Assembly: GCF_009914755.1 (NCBI RefSeq)
Contig: NC_060925.1
DNA from: the human T2T-CHM13v2.0 reference genome, Homo sapiens
Length of the DNA: 64,000 nt
Strand: one strand, 5' to 3'
Position 1 is the first letter of the stretch; each line of letters begins with the position of its first letter. Made by a program: the position numbers and the translations under genes. Below the pieces are notes generated by a model that was given only the letters and a program-made list of their open reading frames with translations, had not been told where the DNA came from and made no database searches. Below, piece by piece: positions 12,715 to 26,128 of this stretch.

Positions 12715-13361
12715 ATGCGCCCACCGTGTCCATGGGGACAGGCTGAGGCGGCCGGGCTCCGAGGCACCAGGGCTCCAGGACGGCGAAGATGTCAGCTTCC
12801 TTAGTCTGGGCAACTAAAAAAACTAAAAAACTAGAAAAACTAGGAAAACTAAAAAAACTAGAAAGAGGAAACTGCAGCCCAACGGGGCTGCCTTCACCCT
12901 GACACCCTCAGCAGTAAACAAGATAAAACAACTTCTTAAAGATAAGCCTGAGCATGTAGGTGTAAACGCTGGTGTCTGAATCAGGGGCTGTAATGGCCTT
13001 TCTTATACTGTAGAATATACAAAGACAAAAGGAGATTCTGATGAAGAAGTTATTCAAGATGGAGTCAGAGTATTCATCGAAAAGAAAGCCCAGCTAACAC
13101 TTTTAGGAACAGAAATGGACTATGTTGAAGACAAATTATCCAGTGAGTTTTTGTTCAATAACCCAAACATCAAAGGAACTTGTGGCTGTCGAGAAACCTT
13201 TAATATTTGAAATCTCAGGACTCTTCTGGCCATAGGCTCCAGGAAAGCTCGTGGAAGCCTTGGGGCTCACTGAAGAAATCACGTGACTGTCACATGCTTA
13301 ATGTGCGGCTGCCTTATAAGGAAAATAAAGTGATGCATTTTGAAAATGAAACAAACAAAAA
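12715..13361 (+). pseudogene. ISCA1P: Processed pseudogene of ISCA1 (iron-sulfur cluster assembly 1); copy number not assigned
   Basis: Intronless. ATG at 12789 gives MSASLVWAT. From 12863 the frame reads KRKLQPNGAAFTLTPSAVNKIKQLLKDKPEHVGVNAGV*IRGCNGLSYTVEYTKTKGDSDEEVIQDGVRVFIEKKAQLTLLGTEMDYVEDKLSSEFLFNNPNIKGTCGCRETFNI*, stop at 13208-13210. Disablements: premature TGA at 12977-12979 and a frameshifting indel at 12816-12862. AATAAA at 13324-13329, A-rich tail, TSD AAAGAAAAGCCCAGGA (12699-12714) / AAAGAAAAACCTAGAA (13362-13377). Confidence 0.97.
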
Positions 13362-14980
13362 AAAGAAAAACCTAGAAGCAGATGGCTTTACTGGTGAATT
13401 CTACTCATTTTTAAAGAAGAATTAATACCAATGCTTCTCAAATTCTTCCCAAAAGTTGAAGAGAAAACACTTCCTAACATTCAATAAAGCCAGCATTACT
13501 TTTGATACCAAAGCCAGAAAACAAAATTACAAGAAAACTACAGACCAATATTCCTTATGAATATTGACACAAAAGTGCCTAACAAAGTACTAGCAAACCA
13601 AATTTGGCAACATATTAAAAAAAATACGCTATGACCAATGGGGTTTATTCTTGGAATGTAAGAATTGTTCAACATATGACACTAAATCAATGTAATATGC
13701 CACATTAATAGCATGAAGAGAAAAAAAACCCCACATGGTCATCTGAATTGATGAAGAAAAACCATTTGACAAAATTCAATACCCATTTATGATTTTTTTA
13801 AAATGCCCAAAAAATAAGGAGTAGGAAGAAATTTTCCCAACATAGTAGAGTCCATATATGAAAGTGCACCACCAGTATCATAATCTATGGTGAAAGACTG
13901 AAAGCTTTTAGCCTAAGATCAGGAACAAAACACGGGTTCCCATTTTTGGCCGTATGTTCAACACAGTACTGGAAGTTCTAACTGAAGCAATTAGGCAAGA
14001 AAAAGAAGGAAGAAAGGAAAGCAGTAATAAAACCACTTCTGTTCACAGTTGACATGATTTTATATGCAGAAGATCATACACACACAAAACCTGTTACAGC
14101 TATTAATAACAAGCAAATACAGCAAAGTTTAGGATACAAAATCAGCATGCAAAACTTGGTAACATTTCTATACACTAACAAAGAGCAATTCAAAAAAGAA
14201 AATGATTGCATTTACAATAACATCAAAAAATATAAAATAGTCAGGAATAAATTTAACCAAGGAAGCAAAAGACTTGTACACAGAAAATAACAGAACATTG
14301 CTACAAGAAATTAAAGAAGACTAAATAAATGGAAAAACATCCTTTGTTCATAGATGATAAGTCTTGACATTATTAAGATGACAATACTAACCAAAGCAAT
14401 CTCCATTCGTTGCAATTCCTATCAAAATCCTAATAGTGATTTTTGCGAAAATGGAAAAACTCATCCTAAAGTTCATATAAAATCTCAAGGGGCCCCACAT
14501 AGCCAAAACTATCGAGAAAAAGAAAGAAAATTTGAACTCTCACATTTCCTGATTTCAAAGTATACTACAAAGCTACCACAAAAGCAAAACAATGCAGCAC
14601 TGGCATAAGGATACATAAATATGTTAATGGAACAGAATATAGAGCCCAGAAATAAATCCTTGCATATTTGGTTGATTGACTTTCAACAAGGGTTTGCAGA
14701 GCATTCGCTGGGAAAAGGACAGTGTTTTCAACAAATGGTGTTGGAAAAATTGGATATCCACATGTAAAAGAATCAAGTTGAACCCTTACCTTACACCATT
14801 TACAAAAATTAACTCAAACTTGATCAAAGACCTAAAGGTAAGAGCTAAGACTATAAAACTCTTAGGAAACATCAGGGAAAAGCTTTATGGCTTGGATTTG
14901 GCAATGATTTCTGAAAAGTACAGGCAACAAAAAGAGAAAATAGATAAATAGAATTTCATCAAAATTAAAAACTTTTGTGC

Positions 14981-15110
14981 ACGCCTGTAATCCCAGCACT
15001 TTGGGAGGCCAAGACAGGTGGACTGCTTGAGCCCAGGAGTTGGAGACCAGCCTCGGCAACATTGTGAGACCTCATCTCTACAAAAACAAACAAACAAACA
15101 ACAACAACAA
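14981..15110 (+). mobile_element. FLAM_C / Alu left monomer, slightly 5'-truncated
   Basis: Left-arm sequence with (CAAA/CAA)n tail. TSD AAAAACTTTTGTGC / AAAACCTTTTTTGC (12 of 14 match). Confidence 0.85.
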
Positions 15111-15217
15111 AAAACCTTTTTTGCCTCAAAGGGTACTGTCAGGAGAGTAAAAAGGCAAACCACAGAATGGGATAAAATATTTGTAAATCTTGTATCGATA
15201 AAGAATTAATATCCGGA

Positions 15218-15519
15218 GGCTGGATGAAGTAGCTCACGCTTGTAATCCCAACACTTTGGGAAGCCGAGGCAGGCAGATCACCTGAGGTCAGGAGTTCGGG
15301 GCCAGTCTGGCCAACATGGTGAAACCCCATCTCCACTAAAAATACAAAAATTACCCAGGCATGGTGGCACATGCCTGTAATCCCAGCTACTCGGGAGGCT
15401 GAGGCAGGAGAATCGCTTAAACCAGGAGATGGAGGTTGCAGTGAGCCATGATCATGCCACTGCACTCCAGCCTGGGAGACAGAGCAAGACTCCATCTCAA
15501 AAAAAAAAAAAAAAAAAAA
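15218..15519 (+). mobile_element. AluS (Sx-like)
   Basis: Full dimer with long A tail. TSD GAATTAATATCCGGA (15203-15217) / GAATTAATATCCAGA (15521-15535). Confidence 0.95.
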
Positions 15520-15606
15520 GGAATTAATATCCAGAATATATTAACTCCTGTATTTCAACAACAAAAACCAAACAACTGGATTGAAAAATGGGTGAACAAG
15601 ACAAAC

Positions 15607-15712
15607 TGTGGTCCCAGCTACTCAGGAGGATGAGGTGGGAGGATCACTTGAGCCCAGGAGTTCAAGTCCAGCAAGGACAACATAAAAAGACCCCACCTCT
15701 TTAAAAAAAAAA
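15607..15712 (+). mobile_element. FLAM_A-like Alu monomer, 5'-truncated
   Basis: GTCCCAGCTACTCAGGAGG...GGAGTTCAAGTCCAGC...ACCCCACCTCTTAAAAAAAAAA. Confidence 0.75.
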
Positions 15713-17859
15713 TTAACTCATTATTTTTAAAATGGGCAAAAGACTGGAGTAGACATTTCTCTGAAGAATATATACAGATGTCCAGCAAGAACATAAAAAG
15801 GTGCTGAACATCACTAATCATTAGGGAAATGCATATCAAAACCACAATGAGATACCACGTCACACTTTTTAGGATGACATTCAAAAAAAAAAAAAACCAC
15901 ACAAAATAACAAGTGACAAGTGTTGGTGAGGATGTGGAGAAATTGGAATCTTAGTGGGAATGTAAAACCCTGTTAAATGTAACCCCTGTTCAAAACAGTT
16001 TGGTGGCTCCTCAAAAATTTGAACATAGAATTATCACACAGTTCACAATTCTTCTCCTAGGTATATGCCCAAAAGAATTGAAAGCAGGGACTGGAAGAGA
16101 TATTTGTACATTCATGTTCATAGCAGCCTCGTTTATAATAGTCAAAAGGTGAAAGCAACCCAAGTCCATCAACAGATCAATAGATAAACAAAAATTATGG
16201 TGGATGCATACGATGGAACATTATTCAGCCTCCAAAAGGAAAGAAATTCTAACACATGCCACAACATAGATGAACTTTGAGAACATTATGCTAATTGAAA
16301 TGAGCCAGTCACAAAGGACAAAGACTATATGATTCCATTTATATGAGGTACCTGGAGGAGTCAAATGCAGATAGAAAGTTGAAAGGGGGTTAAGAGGAGG
16401 CAGAATGGGGAGTTAGTGTTCAATGGGTACAGAAAGCTGCCTCAGGCTTACTTCACCAGATCATAAAATTTTTAACTTAATTCTACTTGAGTCACCCTCT
16501 TCCCACTTGGACGTCCCTGTTCGCAGGGCTGTTCACAGCTGTGGGTCATCGGACCAGGCAGGAGCCTCGTGGTCTGCATGTGTCACGGTGAAGCCCTCCT
16601 TCATCCTGCCCACAGGGCCCCTCATAGAGATTTTTCTCTTTCTGTTGCTGCTTGCTTTCCTCTTTCATCTTCCTCATGGAGAACATCTTTCTGGTGTGTG
16701 AGAAAAGCCCGCCTCTCTCTCCCTGTTTCTAGTAGAGATGTCTTGTTTACATCCACAAATCCTCTCCCTTTCTGGGGCTTAGGCTTTTGGGAAGTAGGGT
16801 TGGGAAGACTTTAAGCCCATCTCTTCTTCCTTCCTCACAGGGGCTACCCTAATGGCGAAGGGCTCTGAGCTCACTCCCTGCTGGAGTCAGGGGAAGTATG
16901 GGGGAAAGAAACTTCACGCAAGTCAGAGTCGGAAAATGTTACCAAGCCACAACCAGCCCATTTCACAGAGGAGTGGAGCACAGCCTACCTAGGGAAATGG
17001 CGTGCTCAAGGTTGTCAGCTGGCAGGTGTCACCATGCAAGGTTGTTGGTCTCCTGATGCCTAAGCAGGGATCTTTCCACAGCAGCTCCCAGCCTGGGGCT
17101 GAGGACAGCCAGCCTGGGACCCACCCTGGTTCCCGTTCCCCCAGCTGGGAGCTTGGGAAAGTGCAGCAACCCCTCTTCCTTCCACGCCCTGCGTCGGCCA
17201 CCGTCTTACAGCTGTGTGAGCCCTCCCCAGCTAATTTGACACAGCTGCCCCACCGTACCTCCTGGAGCTGGCTGGACATCTGCTTCAGCAACACGAGATT
17301 TCTCACTGACTTTACAGAGTGAAAGTCTCTCCAGCTGGGAGTCCCGGGTGTGAAGCTGATCAGCAAGTGACGAATGGGAGCTGAGTCCTGCCTCTGGCTG
17401 TGGAGGCTCCTGTTTCGACTTCTCGTTATGGCCAGGATCAGAAGAGTGGGTCCTGGCCAGGCACACTATTCCATGGTTTCATTTCATCTTCCCTCTACAG
17501 ACAGGCCCCCCTCCCCCCCAAAAAAACCCCTTCCCCCATCATCAGATCCCCCTAGCACACCACACACCACATCTCACATGTGCCCTGCCAACTTCTCCTG
17601 TGTTTTATACGTAGCCTGGCACCCATTCCACTGACTTTCCTCTTGCTCATGTTGGGCCTGAGCCTTCTGGGAAGTGGCCTGTCCTTGTTTTCTGGGGCTC
17701 TCCAGGGTGGGTTTCTCATGTGCTGGAGTTCAGATGTTACCGCAGCCTGTCCTGGTTCATCTTCCACTTTCCTAGCTTCCCTGCCCCTCGTGACCTGAGC
17801 TGGACGCTCCTGTTCCTATAGCAGCCTTGTCAGGGCATCAATTACATCCTCTGGACACA

Positions 17860-18358
17860 TGTTCTAAAATATATTAGTAGAAAATTTGAGGTGTAGTAAG
17901 GCAGATGAGGAGACAGCTGCCATTGAACTGAGAGTTTATTGCTCACAGTTCCAAGAGGAGGGAGCATGCCATGACACCCGGGTCCACACGGCAGGCACCA
18001 GCATTGGTCAGGAGGCAGAGGGAGCACAGGAAAACAAGGGCAAGAGCATTTAGCAGCTTTCTGCGGGAAGTACCAGAGAAGCTGGGCAGGCAGACTTAGG
18101 ATTGGCTGGCTTGAATCATTTCAGTATGTGCCAGGTCATAGAGGCTGTCCCTAGTTGTCTGGTACCTGGCCCTAGGTGTTGGATGAGGGCAGGTGGGTGG
18201 TAGCCCTGAGTATGATAGCCCAGATAGAGGAGGGGGTAGGGAGTGGGCTTTGAATTGGTTGGTTTGCATGTGAAAGGTGCACTCAGGGGCAAGTCCCTCT
18301 AGGGTAAGCAAGGCCCCATTTGTTAAAGCATCAGAAAACAAAAGACATGGTTACTACA
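17860..18358 (-). mobile_element. Complete solo ERVL LTR, MER76-like
   Basis: TGTTCTAAAATATATT...GACATGGTTACTACA termini. 5-bp TSD ACACA/GCACA. Minus-strand AATAAA near 17935. Confidence 0.8.
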
Positions 18359-19703
18359 GCACAGAAGCCACTTCTGTAGGGTGACACTATTGCCAACGGC
18401 TGTGCCAGCTCCGTTAGGTGCCCTGGTCCTTCCTCTTGAACAGGGGCTCTGGAGCCGGGACTGCCTCCTGCACTCTTTCCTGCTTTCAGTTGGAGATGCA
18501 CTAGCTCTTGGACCATTCCTACCCAGCTCTTCCAAGTGAAAGATGACACTCCTCCCTCCAGGCCCCAGTCACTGGCCACCACAGCTCTCTTCCTTCAGGG
18601 AGTTACCTCCCAGGGTGCTCCTCTGCCCGAGGTCACCAGACCCTCTAGGACACAGGTGATCAGCACTGGGTAATTCATAGGCTTACACCAGGGCCACCGC
18701 AGCCCAAGGAGTTCATGCTGCATAATATGCAATTTGGGAGTGTGCGTTTAAAATGTAAATTCATACCGTAAACATTTCCCATGTTACTAAGAACCCATAA
18801 AAATATTGTACTTATTTGCATAATCGTCCACTGTGAGCATATCCTCATTCCCTGCTGCTGGCCATTGGAGGGGTAAGAGGCTGAGGGACCATCAAGGGGT
18901 CCTAGTTCCTGCCTCCCCTCCCTGATGCTACACACACACAGCGACAAGAGCAGAAATGAACGAGGAGGTGCCTGGCAACCATAAAGTCTGATCCTACGAG
19001 CACATCTCAGCACATCTCCCTTCCCAAGGATGGCCCTCAGCCAAGAAAGCACGTCCTGGAGTTCGGCAGAATGGGCAAGAGCACAAAGCTATCTTTTGTG
19101 ACTAGTTTTCTTCCTTGGAAATGACGTTGAGTTCTCTGAATCAATCTCCCAGTGTCCCTTAGCAAGTATTATTACTCCCATGAAAAATAGGTATTTTGTT
19201 ATTTTTTTGTGTCCTTTCATGTGCTGGGCACTCTGCTAGGCATGCACTAGCTGCATCCTGTTGAAGGGAGTCTATGTTTTACAGGTAGGTAAACTGAGGT
19301 ACCAGAAATAAAACCAGCTTAGTGGGAGTCAAGCAGAACATCCACCAAGACCCATAACCTCATTGTCCTTGGTTCACTCAACGGTGAGGAGACTGCTGCT
19401 CTTGGAGGGTCTTGACCTATAGGCAAGGCCACCTGGAATTAATTTGATTGTGAGGAGGATTTGACAGAGCTGGAAAAGCTCATTGAATATTTGACTGAAC
19501 AAGACATGCAAACTTTTGCTTGTTAAATCCTGCAAATAATTTCTAATGTACATCAGATTCATATTGTGGGAGGTTAATGTGGAAAGGGGAATGCAGAAAG
19601 AAGGAAGAGAGATTCAGAGCCAGAAAAGGATCTGAGTGAGACAGAGTGAAGAGTGGAGACAGCAGGAGAGCGTGGGCAGAGGCAGCCTTGAAAAGGAAGG
19701 CCC

Positions 19704-20008
19704 ACCGGGTCCGGTGGCTCACTTCTGCAATTCCAGCACTTTGAGAGGCTGAGGTGGGAGATCACTTGAGCCTAGGAGTTTGAGACCAGGTTAAGCAACA
19801 CAGGGATACCTCACCTCTACAAAAAATGCAAAAATTAGCCAGTCTTGGTGGCACACACCGGAAGTCTCAGCTACTTGGGAGGCTAAGGTGGGAGAATCAT
19901 TTGGGTCCAAGGGGTTGAGGCTGCAGTGAGCCATGGTTGTTCTAGTGCACTCCGGCCTGGGTGACACAATGAGACCCTGTCTTAAAAAAAAAAAAAGAAA
20001 AAGAAAAA
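19704..20008 (+). mobile_element. AluJ
   Basis: Full dimer. Perfect 14-bp TSD GAAAAGGAAGGCCC at 19690-19703 and 20009-20022. Confidence 0.95.
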
Positions 20009-20116
20009 GAAAAGGAAGGCCCTGTTCTGAGCCCCTCGCTGCTACTTGCTTTGTTGGCTTTGGGAACGTCTTTCTCAGCTCTATGAGATGCTAAGTGGAC
20101 AATTAATAATTATTCA

Positions 20117-23100
20117 ATTGTATTCATCAGCACATGGAATATTCTCCAATATAGACCATATGATAAGCCACAAAACAAGTCTCAATAAATTTAAGAAAAT
20201 CGAAATTATTTCAAGTACTCTCTCAGACCACCGTGGAATAAAATTGGAAATCAACTCCAAAAGGAAAACCCTCAAAACAATCCAAATACAAGAAAATTAA
20301 ACAAGCTGTTCCTGAATGATCATTGAGTCAACAATGAAATCAAGAAGGAAATTTAAAAACTCTTTGAACTGAGCAATAACAGTGACACAATCTATCAAAA
20401 CCTCTGGGATACAGCAAAAGCAGTGCTAAGAGGAAAGCTCATAGCATTAAATGCCTACATCCAAAAGTCTGAAAGAACACAATAGACAATCTAAGCTCAC
20501 ACCTGAAGGAACTAGAGAAACAAGAATAAGCCAAACCCAAACCCAGCAGAAGAAAAAAAATAATAAAGATCGGTGCATAACTACATGAAATTGAAACAAA
20601 AAAATTCAAAAGATAAATGAAACAAAAAGCTGGTTCTTTGAAAAGTTAAACAAAATTGGCAGACCAACAGTAAGATTAACCAAGAAAAGAAGAGAGAAGA
20701 TCCAAATAAGCTCCATTAGAAATGAAATGGGAGATATTACAACGGATAACACAGAAATACAAAAGATCATTCAAGGCCACTATGAATACCTTTATGCACA
20801 CAAACTAAAAAATCTAAAGGAGATGGATAAATCCTGGAAATATATAACTCTCCTAGATTAAACCACGAAGAAACAGAAACTCTTAACAGACCAATAACAA
20901 GCAGTGAGATTGAAATGGTAATTAAAAAAAAAAAACTGCCAACAAAAAAAAGCCCAGGACCACGTGGATTCACCACTGAATTCTATTAGACATGCAAAGA
21001 AGAATTGATACCAATCCTGTTGACACTGTTCCAAAAGATAGAGAAAGAGGGAATCCTCCCTAAATCATTCTATGAAGCCAGTATCACCCTAATACCAAAA
21101 CCAGGAAAGCACACAACAAAAAAGAAAACTACGGACCAATATTCCTGATGAACATAGACGCAAAAATCCTCAACAAAATACTAGCTAACCAAAAAAGCCA
21201 TCTATGACAAACCCACAGCCAACATTATACTAAATGGGACAAAGTTGAAAGGATTCTCCCTGAGAACTGGAACAAGACAAGGATGCTCACTTCCACTACG
21301 TCTATTCAACATAATCCTGGAAGTCCTAGCCAGAGCAATCAGACAAGAGAAAGAAATAAAGGGTATCCAAACTGGTAAAGAGAAAATCAAACTGTCGCTG
21401 TTCGCTGATATGATTGTATACCTAGGAAACCCTAACGACTCAGCCAAATAGCTCCTAGAACTGACAAATGCATTCATTAAAGTTTCAGGATACAAAACTA
21501 ATGTACATAAATCAGTAGTACTGCTATACATCAACAGTGACTAAGCTGAGAATCAAATTAAGAACTCAACTCCTTTTACAATAGCTGCAAAAAAATAAAA
21601 TAAAATATTTAGGAATATCCCTAAGCAAAGAGGTAAAAGACCTCTATGAGGAAAACTACAAAATACTACTGAAGGAAATCATAAATGACACAAACAAATG
21701 GAAACACATCTCACACTCATGGATGGGTAAAATCAATATGGTGCAAATGACCTTATTGCCAAAAGCAATCTACAAGTTCAGTGCAACTCTCATCAAAATA
21801 CCATCATTGTTCTTCACAGAACTAGAAAAAAAAATCCTAAAATTCATGTGAAACCAAAAAAAGAGTCCATATAGCCCAAACAAGACTAAGCAAAAAGAAC
21901 AAATCTGGAGGCATCACATTACCTGACTTCAAACTATACTACAAGACTTTAGTCACCAAAACAGCATGGTACTGGCATTAAAATAGGCACATAGACCAAT
22001 GAAACAGAACAGAGAACCCAGAAATAAAGCCAAATACTTACAAGTAGCTGATCTTTCACAAAGCGAACAAAAATGTAAAGTGGGGAAAGGACATCCTGTT
22101 CAACAAATGGTGCTGGGATAATTGGCAAGCCACATATAGGAGAATAAGGTGAGATCCTCGTCTCTCACCTTACACAAAAATCAACTCAAGATGGATCAAA
22201 GACTCAAATCTAAGAACTGAAACCAAAAATATTCTAGAAGATAACATCAGAAAACCCGTTCTAGACTTTGGCTTAGGCAAAGATTTCATGACCAAGAACC
22301 CCAAAGGAAATGCAACAAAAACAAAGATAAATAGGTGGGACTTAATTAAACTAAAAAGAGTCTGCACAGCAAAAGAAATAACCAGCAGATTAAATAGACA
22401 ACCCACAGAGTGGAAGAAAATCTTTGCAAACTATGTATCCAACAAAGAACGAATATCCAGAATCTACAAGAAATTCAAACAAACCGGCAAGAAAAAAAAA
22501 ATCCCATCAAAATGGGCTAAGTACATGAATGGACAATTCTCAAAAGAAGATATACAAATGGCCGACAAACACATGAAAAAAGGTTCAACATCAATAATTA
22601 TCAGGGAAATGTAAATCAAAACCACAGTGTGATACCACCTTACTCCTTCAAGAATGGCCACAATTTAAAAATAAAAAATAATAGATGTTGGCATGAATGT
22701 GGTGAAAAGGGAACATTTTTACCCTGCTGATGGGAATGTAAACTGGTACAACCACTGTGGAAAACAGTGTGCAGATTCCTTAAAGAACTAAAAGTAGGTC
22801 CACCATTTGATCCAGCAATCCTACTACTGGGTTTACCCAGAGGAAAAGAAGTCATTATATGAAAAAACACTTGAACATGCATGTTTATAGCAGCACAATT
22901 CACAATTGCAAAAATATGGAACCAGCCCAAGTGCCCATCAATCAACAAGTGAATAAAGAAAATGTGTATGTATATATATCGATATATATATATATATACA
23001 CACCATAGAATACTACTCAACCATAAAAAGGAATGAAATAATGGCATTTGCAGCAACCTGGATGGAACTGGAGACCATTATTCTAAGTGAAGTAACTCAG

Positions 23101-23369
23101 GAATGGAAAATCAACTATCATATGTTCTTACTTATAAGTGGGAGCTAGGCTATGAGGATGCAAAGACATAAGAATGATACAATGGACTTTGGGGACTTGG
23201 TGGGGGAAGGGTGGGAGGGGGGTGAGGGATAAAAGACTACCCATTGGGTACAGTGTACACTGCTCAGGTGATGGGTGCACCGAAGTTGCGGAAATCACCA
23301 CTAAATAATCTATCCATGTAACCAAACACCATCTGTTCCTCAAAAACCTACTGAAATAAAAATAAAAAA
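20117..23369 (+). mobile_element. 5'-truncated L1PB1-like element with internal deletion
   Basis: ORF2 from the late endonuclease region (SAHGIFSNIDHMISHKTSLNKFKKIEII) to an L1PB1-type 3' UTR (GCTATGAGGATGCAAAG...AATCACCACTAAA...AAAAACCTACTGAAATAAAA). (TA)n near 22970-22998. Confidence 0.9.
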
Positions 23370-23524
23370 TATTCAGAATTCTTCCAGTGCTCTCTGTTAT
23401 TCGGGAAGTCAAAGGCTGTCAAAGTCAACTCAAAGGGGATGGCCTCAGCTGATGCCAGGGAAGAAGCTGACTTTTGGACAGGGGCTGACAGAGCAAGCCA
23501 AGGCCAGCTCTGAAGTACAAGCTG

Positions 23525-23672
23525 GATCAAGTTCTTCAGCCTTGGAGGGTGTCAGAATCACCTTGAACCTTCTGAAAACTCAGATGCTTGGGTCTCCTAC
23601 AGACCTGTTGAATCAAAAATTCTGGTGTCAAGGTCCAGACAGCTGCAGTTTTGTGAATTTCACCAGGGGATT
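23525..23672. mobile_element. MER5A/B hAT-Charlie remnant
   Basis: CAGAATCACCTTGAACCTTCTGAAAACTCAGATGCTTGGG...GAATCAAAAATTCTGG. Confidence 0.65.
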
Positions 23673-25201
23673 ATCCCCAGACACCTAGAGACTGGCCATA
23701 GGGCTGGAGACTCACTACATTTTCCCCCCAAAAAATCTTCTCTCCCACATTGCTTCTTCTTAGTCATTGAAGTTCACTCCATGTCATATAACCAGTGTGC
23801 TTTTTCTGAACAAATTTTCTCTTCAACAGAAGTACTCATCCAGCCCACGGTCTTCCCCTCTGAGAAAGACCCTCAAGGGACCAGCTCTTTGTCATTCAGG
23901 GCTATCAGATCTCTCTCCTGCCTTCCTCCAAGTTCAAGGCCAATTCCTTTTTCAATGACTTTCTTGTCTCAGCTCAGCATATTCTTTCACCATGTTATTA
24001 GTAATTTTATAGCTAATTTTATAGCAGGTCTTGAGATCAAACCTGATTGGGTCCTTTCATCTATTACCCTGACTCCCGCTCCTGGACCCTGAGTCTCCTG
24101 CACATTCTGCATCTCCACTACCCTTATGGAAGAAGTCATATTGGAATCAATTGTCTAAAAACCAGCAGAGTGTGTAACCATCACTTAGGGTGATTTGAGG
24201 GCTTGAAAAGCCTACCACTGATGTTGAGTTCAGGCTCTAAGAAGCCCTACACAAATATAAATGTAGAAACTTAACAATACATGGAGTTTGACTAGTTTTC
24301 TCCAGGTGCAAGAGCCTACTCACATGAGCATCTCAATGATCCAGGGTATTATGATGGAGAAGATGGGAACGTGAAGTCAGACATATGGATCTGATGCCTG
24401 CCTCAGCCCTTTATGAATTGTGTGGACCTGGGCAGGCCATTCAACCCCTCCCAGCTTCCATTTCCACATTTTTGAAATGCTACAAAAACAATGTCTAAAT
24501 CAAATACTATTCTTACGACTAAATCCTTTGATCTCTATAAACATAATCAGTTGCTACCTTGGCTGAGAGGGCACCTCTCACAGTGGATGGTCAGGGAGGA
24601 TATTATTTCAGACCAAGTCAGTGGTGATCCCTTAGGGCAATAGAATTGGAAGGACAGTTACCCTCTGACCCATGACCATGAGGAGTTGGGATTCAGAGAA
24701 GGGAGCTGGGAGGTCAGTCGTGTCCTTATAGAAACAGAGACCACCAGTAGATCCCACAGGGTTCCGGGCCCAGTGAGGTAGCAGAGGAAGGTTGATACAG
24801 AGAGGAAGGAAAAGAGTGAAATTGCATCCAGGTCAAATTTCACCTTTCTCACAATGTGGTCTGGGGGAGGCTAGCATCTGTGATAACAGAAAAACTTTTC
24901 CAAATGCTGATGGCTTCTGGCTGGACATCAAACTTGACAAGGGCATGGATAGATGGTATTTTTATCATTTGTCATCTTGCTGCTCACTACTAGCAAATCA
25001 TGTGGCACATAGTGGATTCATTGAGTAAATGAACGAATAAATAAATAGATCAATAAGAAAAGATCTCACCAAGGTTACTTTCCTTTTCTCTTTCCTCCCC
25101 AAATTAAACAAAATGTGAAAGTAAATTTGATGTGGACCCAGAAGTAGGAGAGACAGTATATTCAGTATTTTTAATGTGTTGAAGGTGCCGAGGTTTCCCT
25201 G

Positions 25202-26128
<927 letters not shown>

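Larger units (their letters stand above)
8260..16436 (+). mobile_element. Old near-full-length L1 (L1MB-type 3' end), decayed, host of five nested insertions
   Basis: 5' region, then ORF1 remnant (AAATTAAGACATTCCCAGATAAACAAAAACTG near 10150). ORF2 remnant lacks most of the endonuclease (jump near 10683). The KKSPGPDGFTGEFY region is split at 12714/13362. L1MB-like 3' UTR (AAAGCAGGGACT...AGCCAGTCACAAAGGACAAAGACT) is truncated near 16436. Confidence 0.85.

Noticed and set aside
12715-13361. Assigning a specific ISCA1P number or chromosome
   Set aside because: Several retrocopies exist and I cannot distinguish them without a genome search.
20046-23056. ORFs with L1 ORF2-like peptides
   Set aside because: Fragments of a dead L1PB1 with stops, frameshifts and deletions, not genes. 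The same applies to 10723-12146 and 14054-14951.
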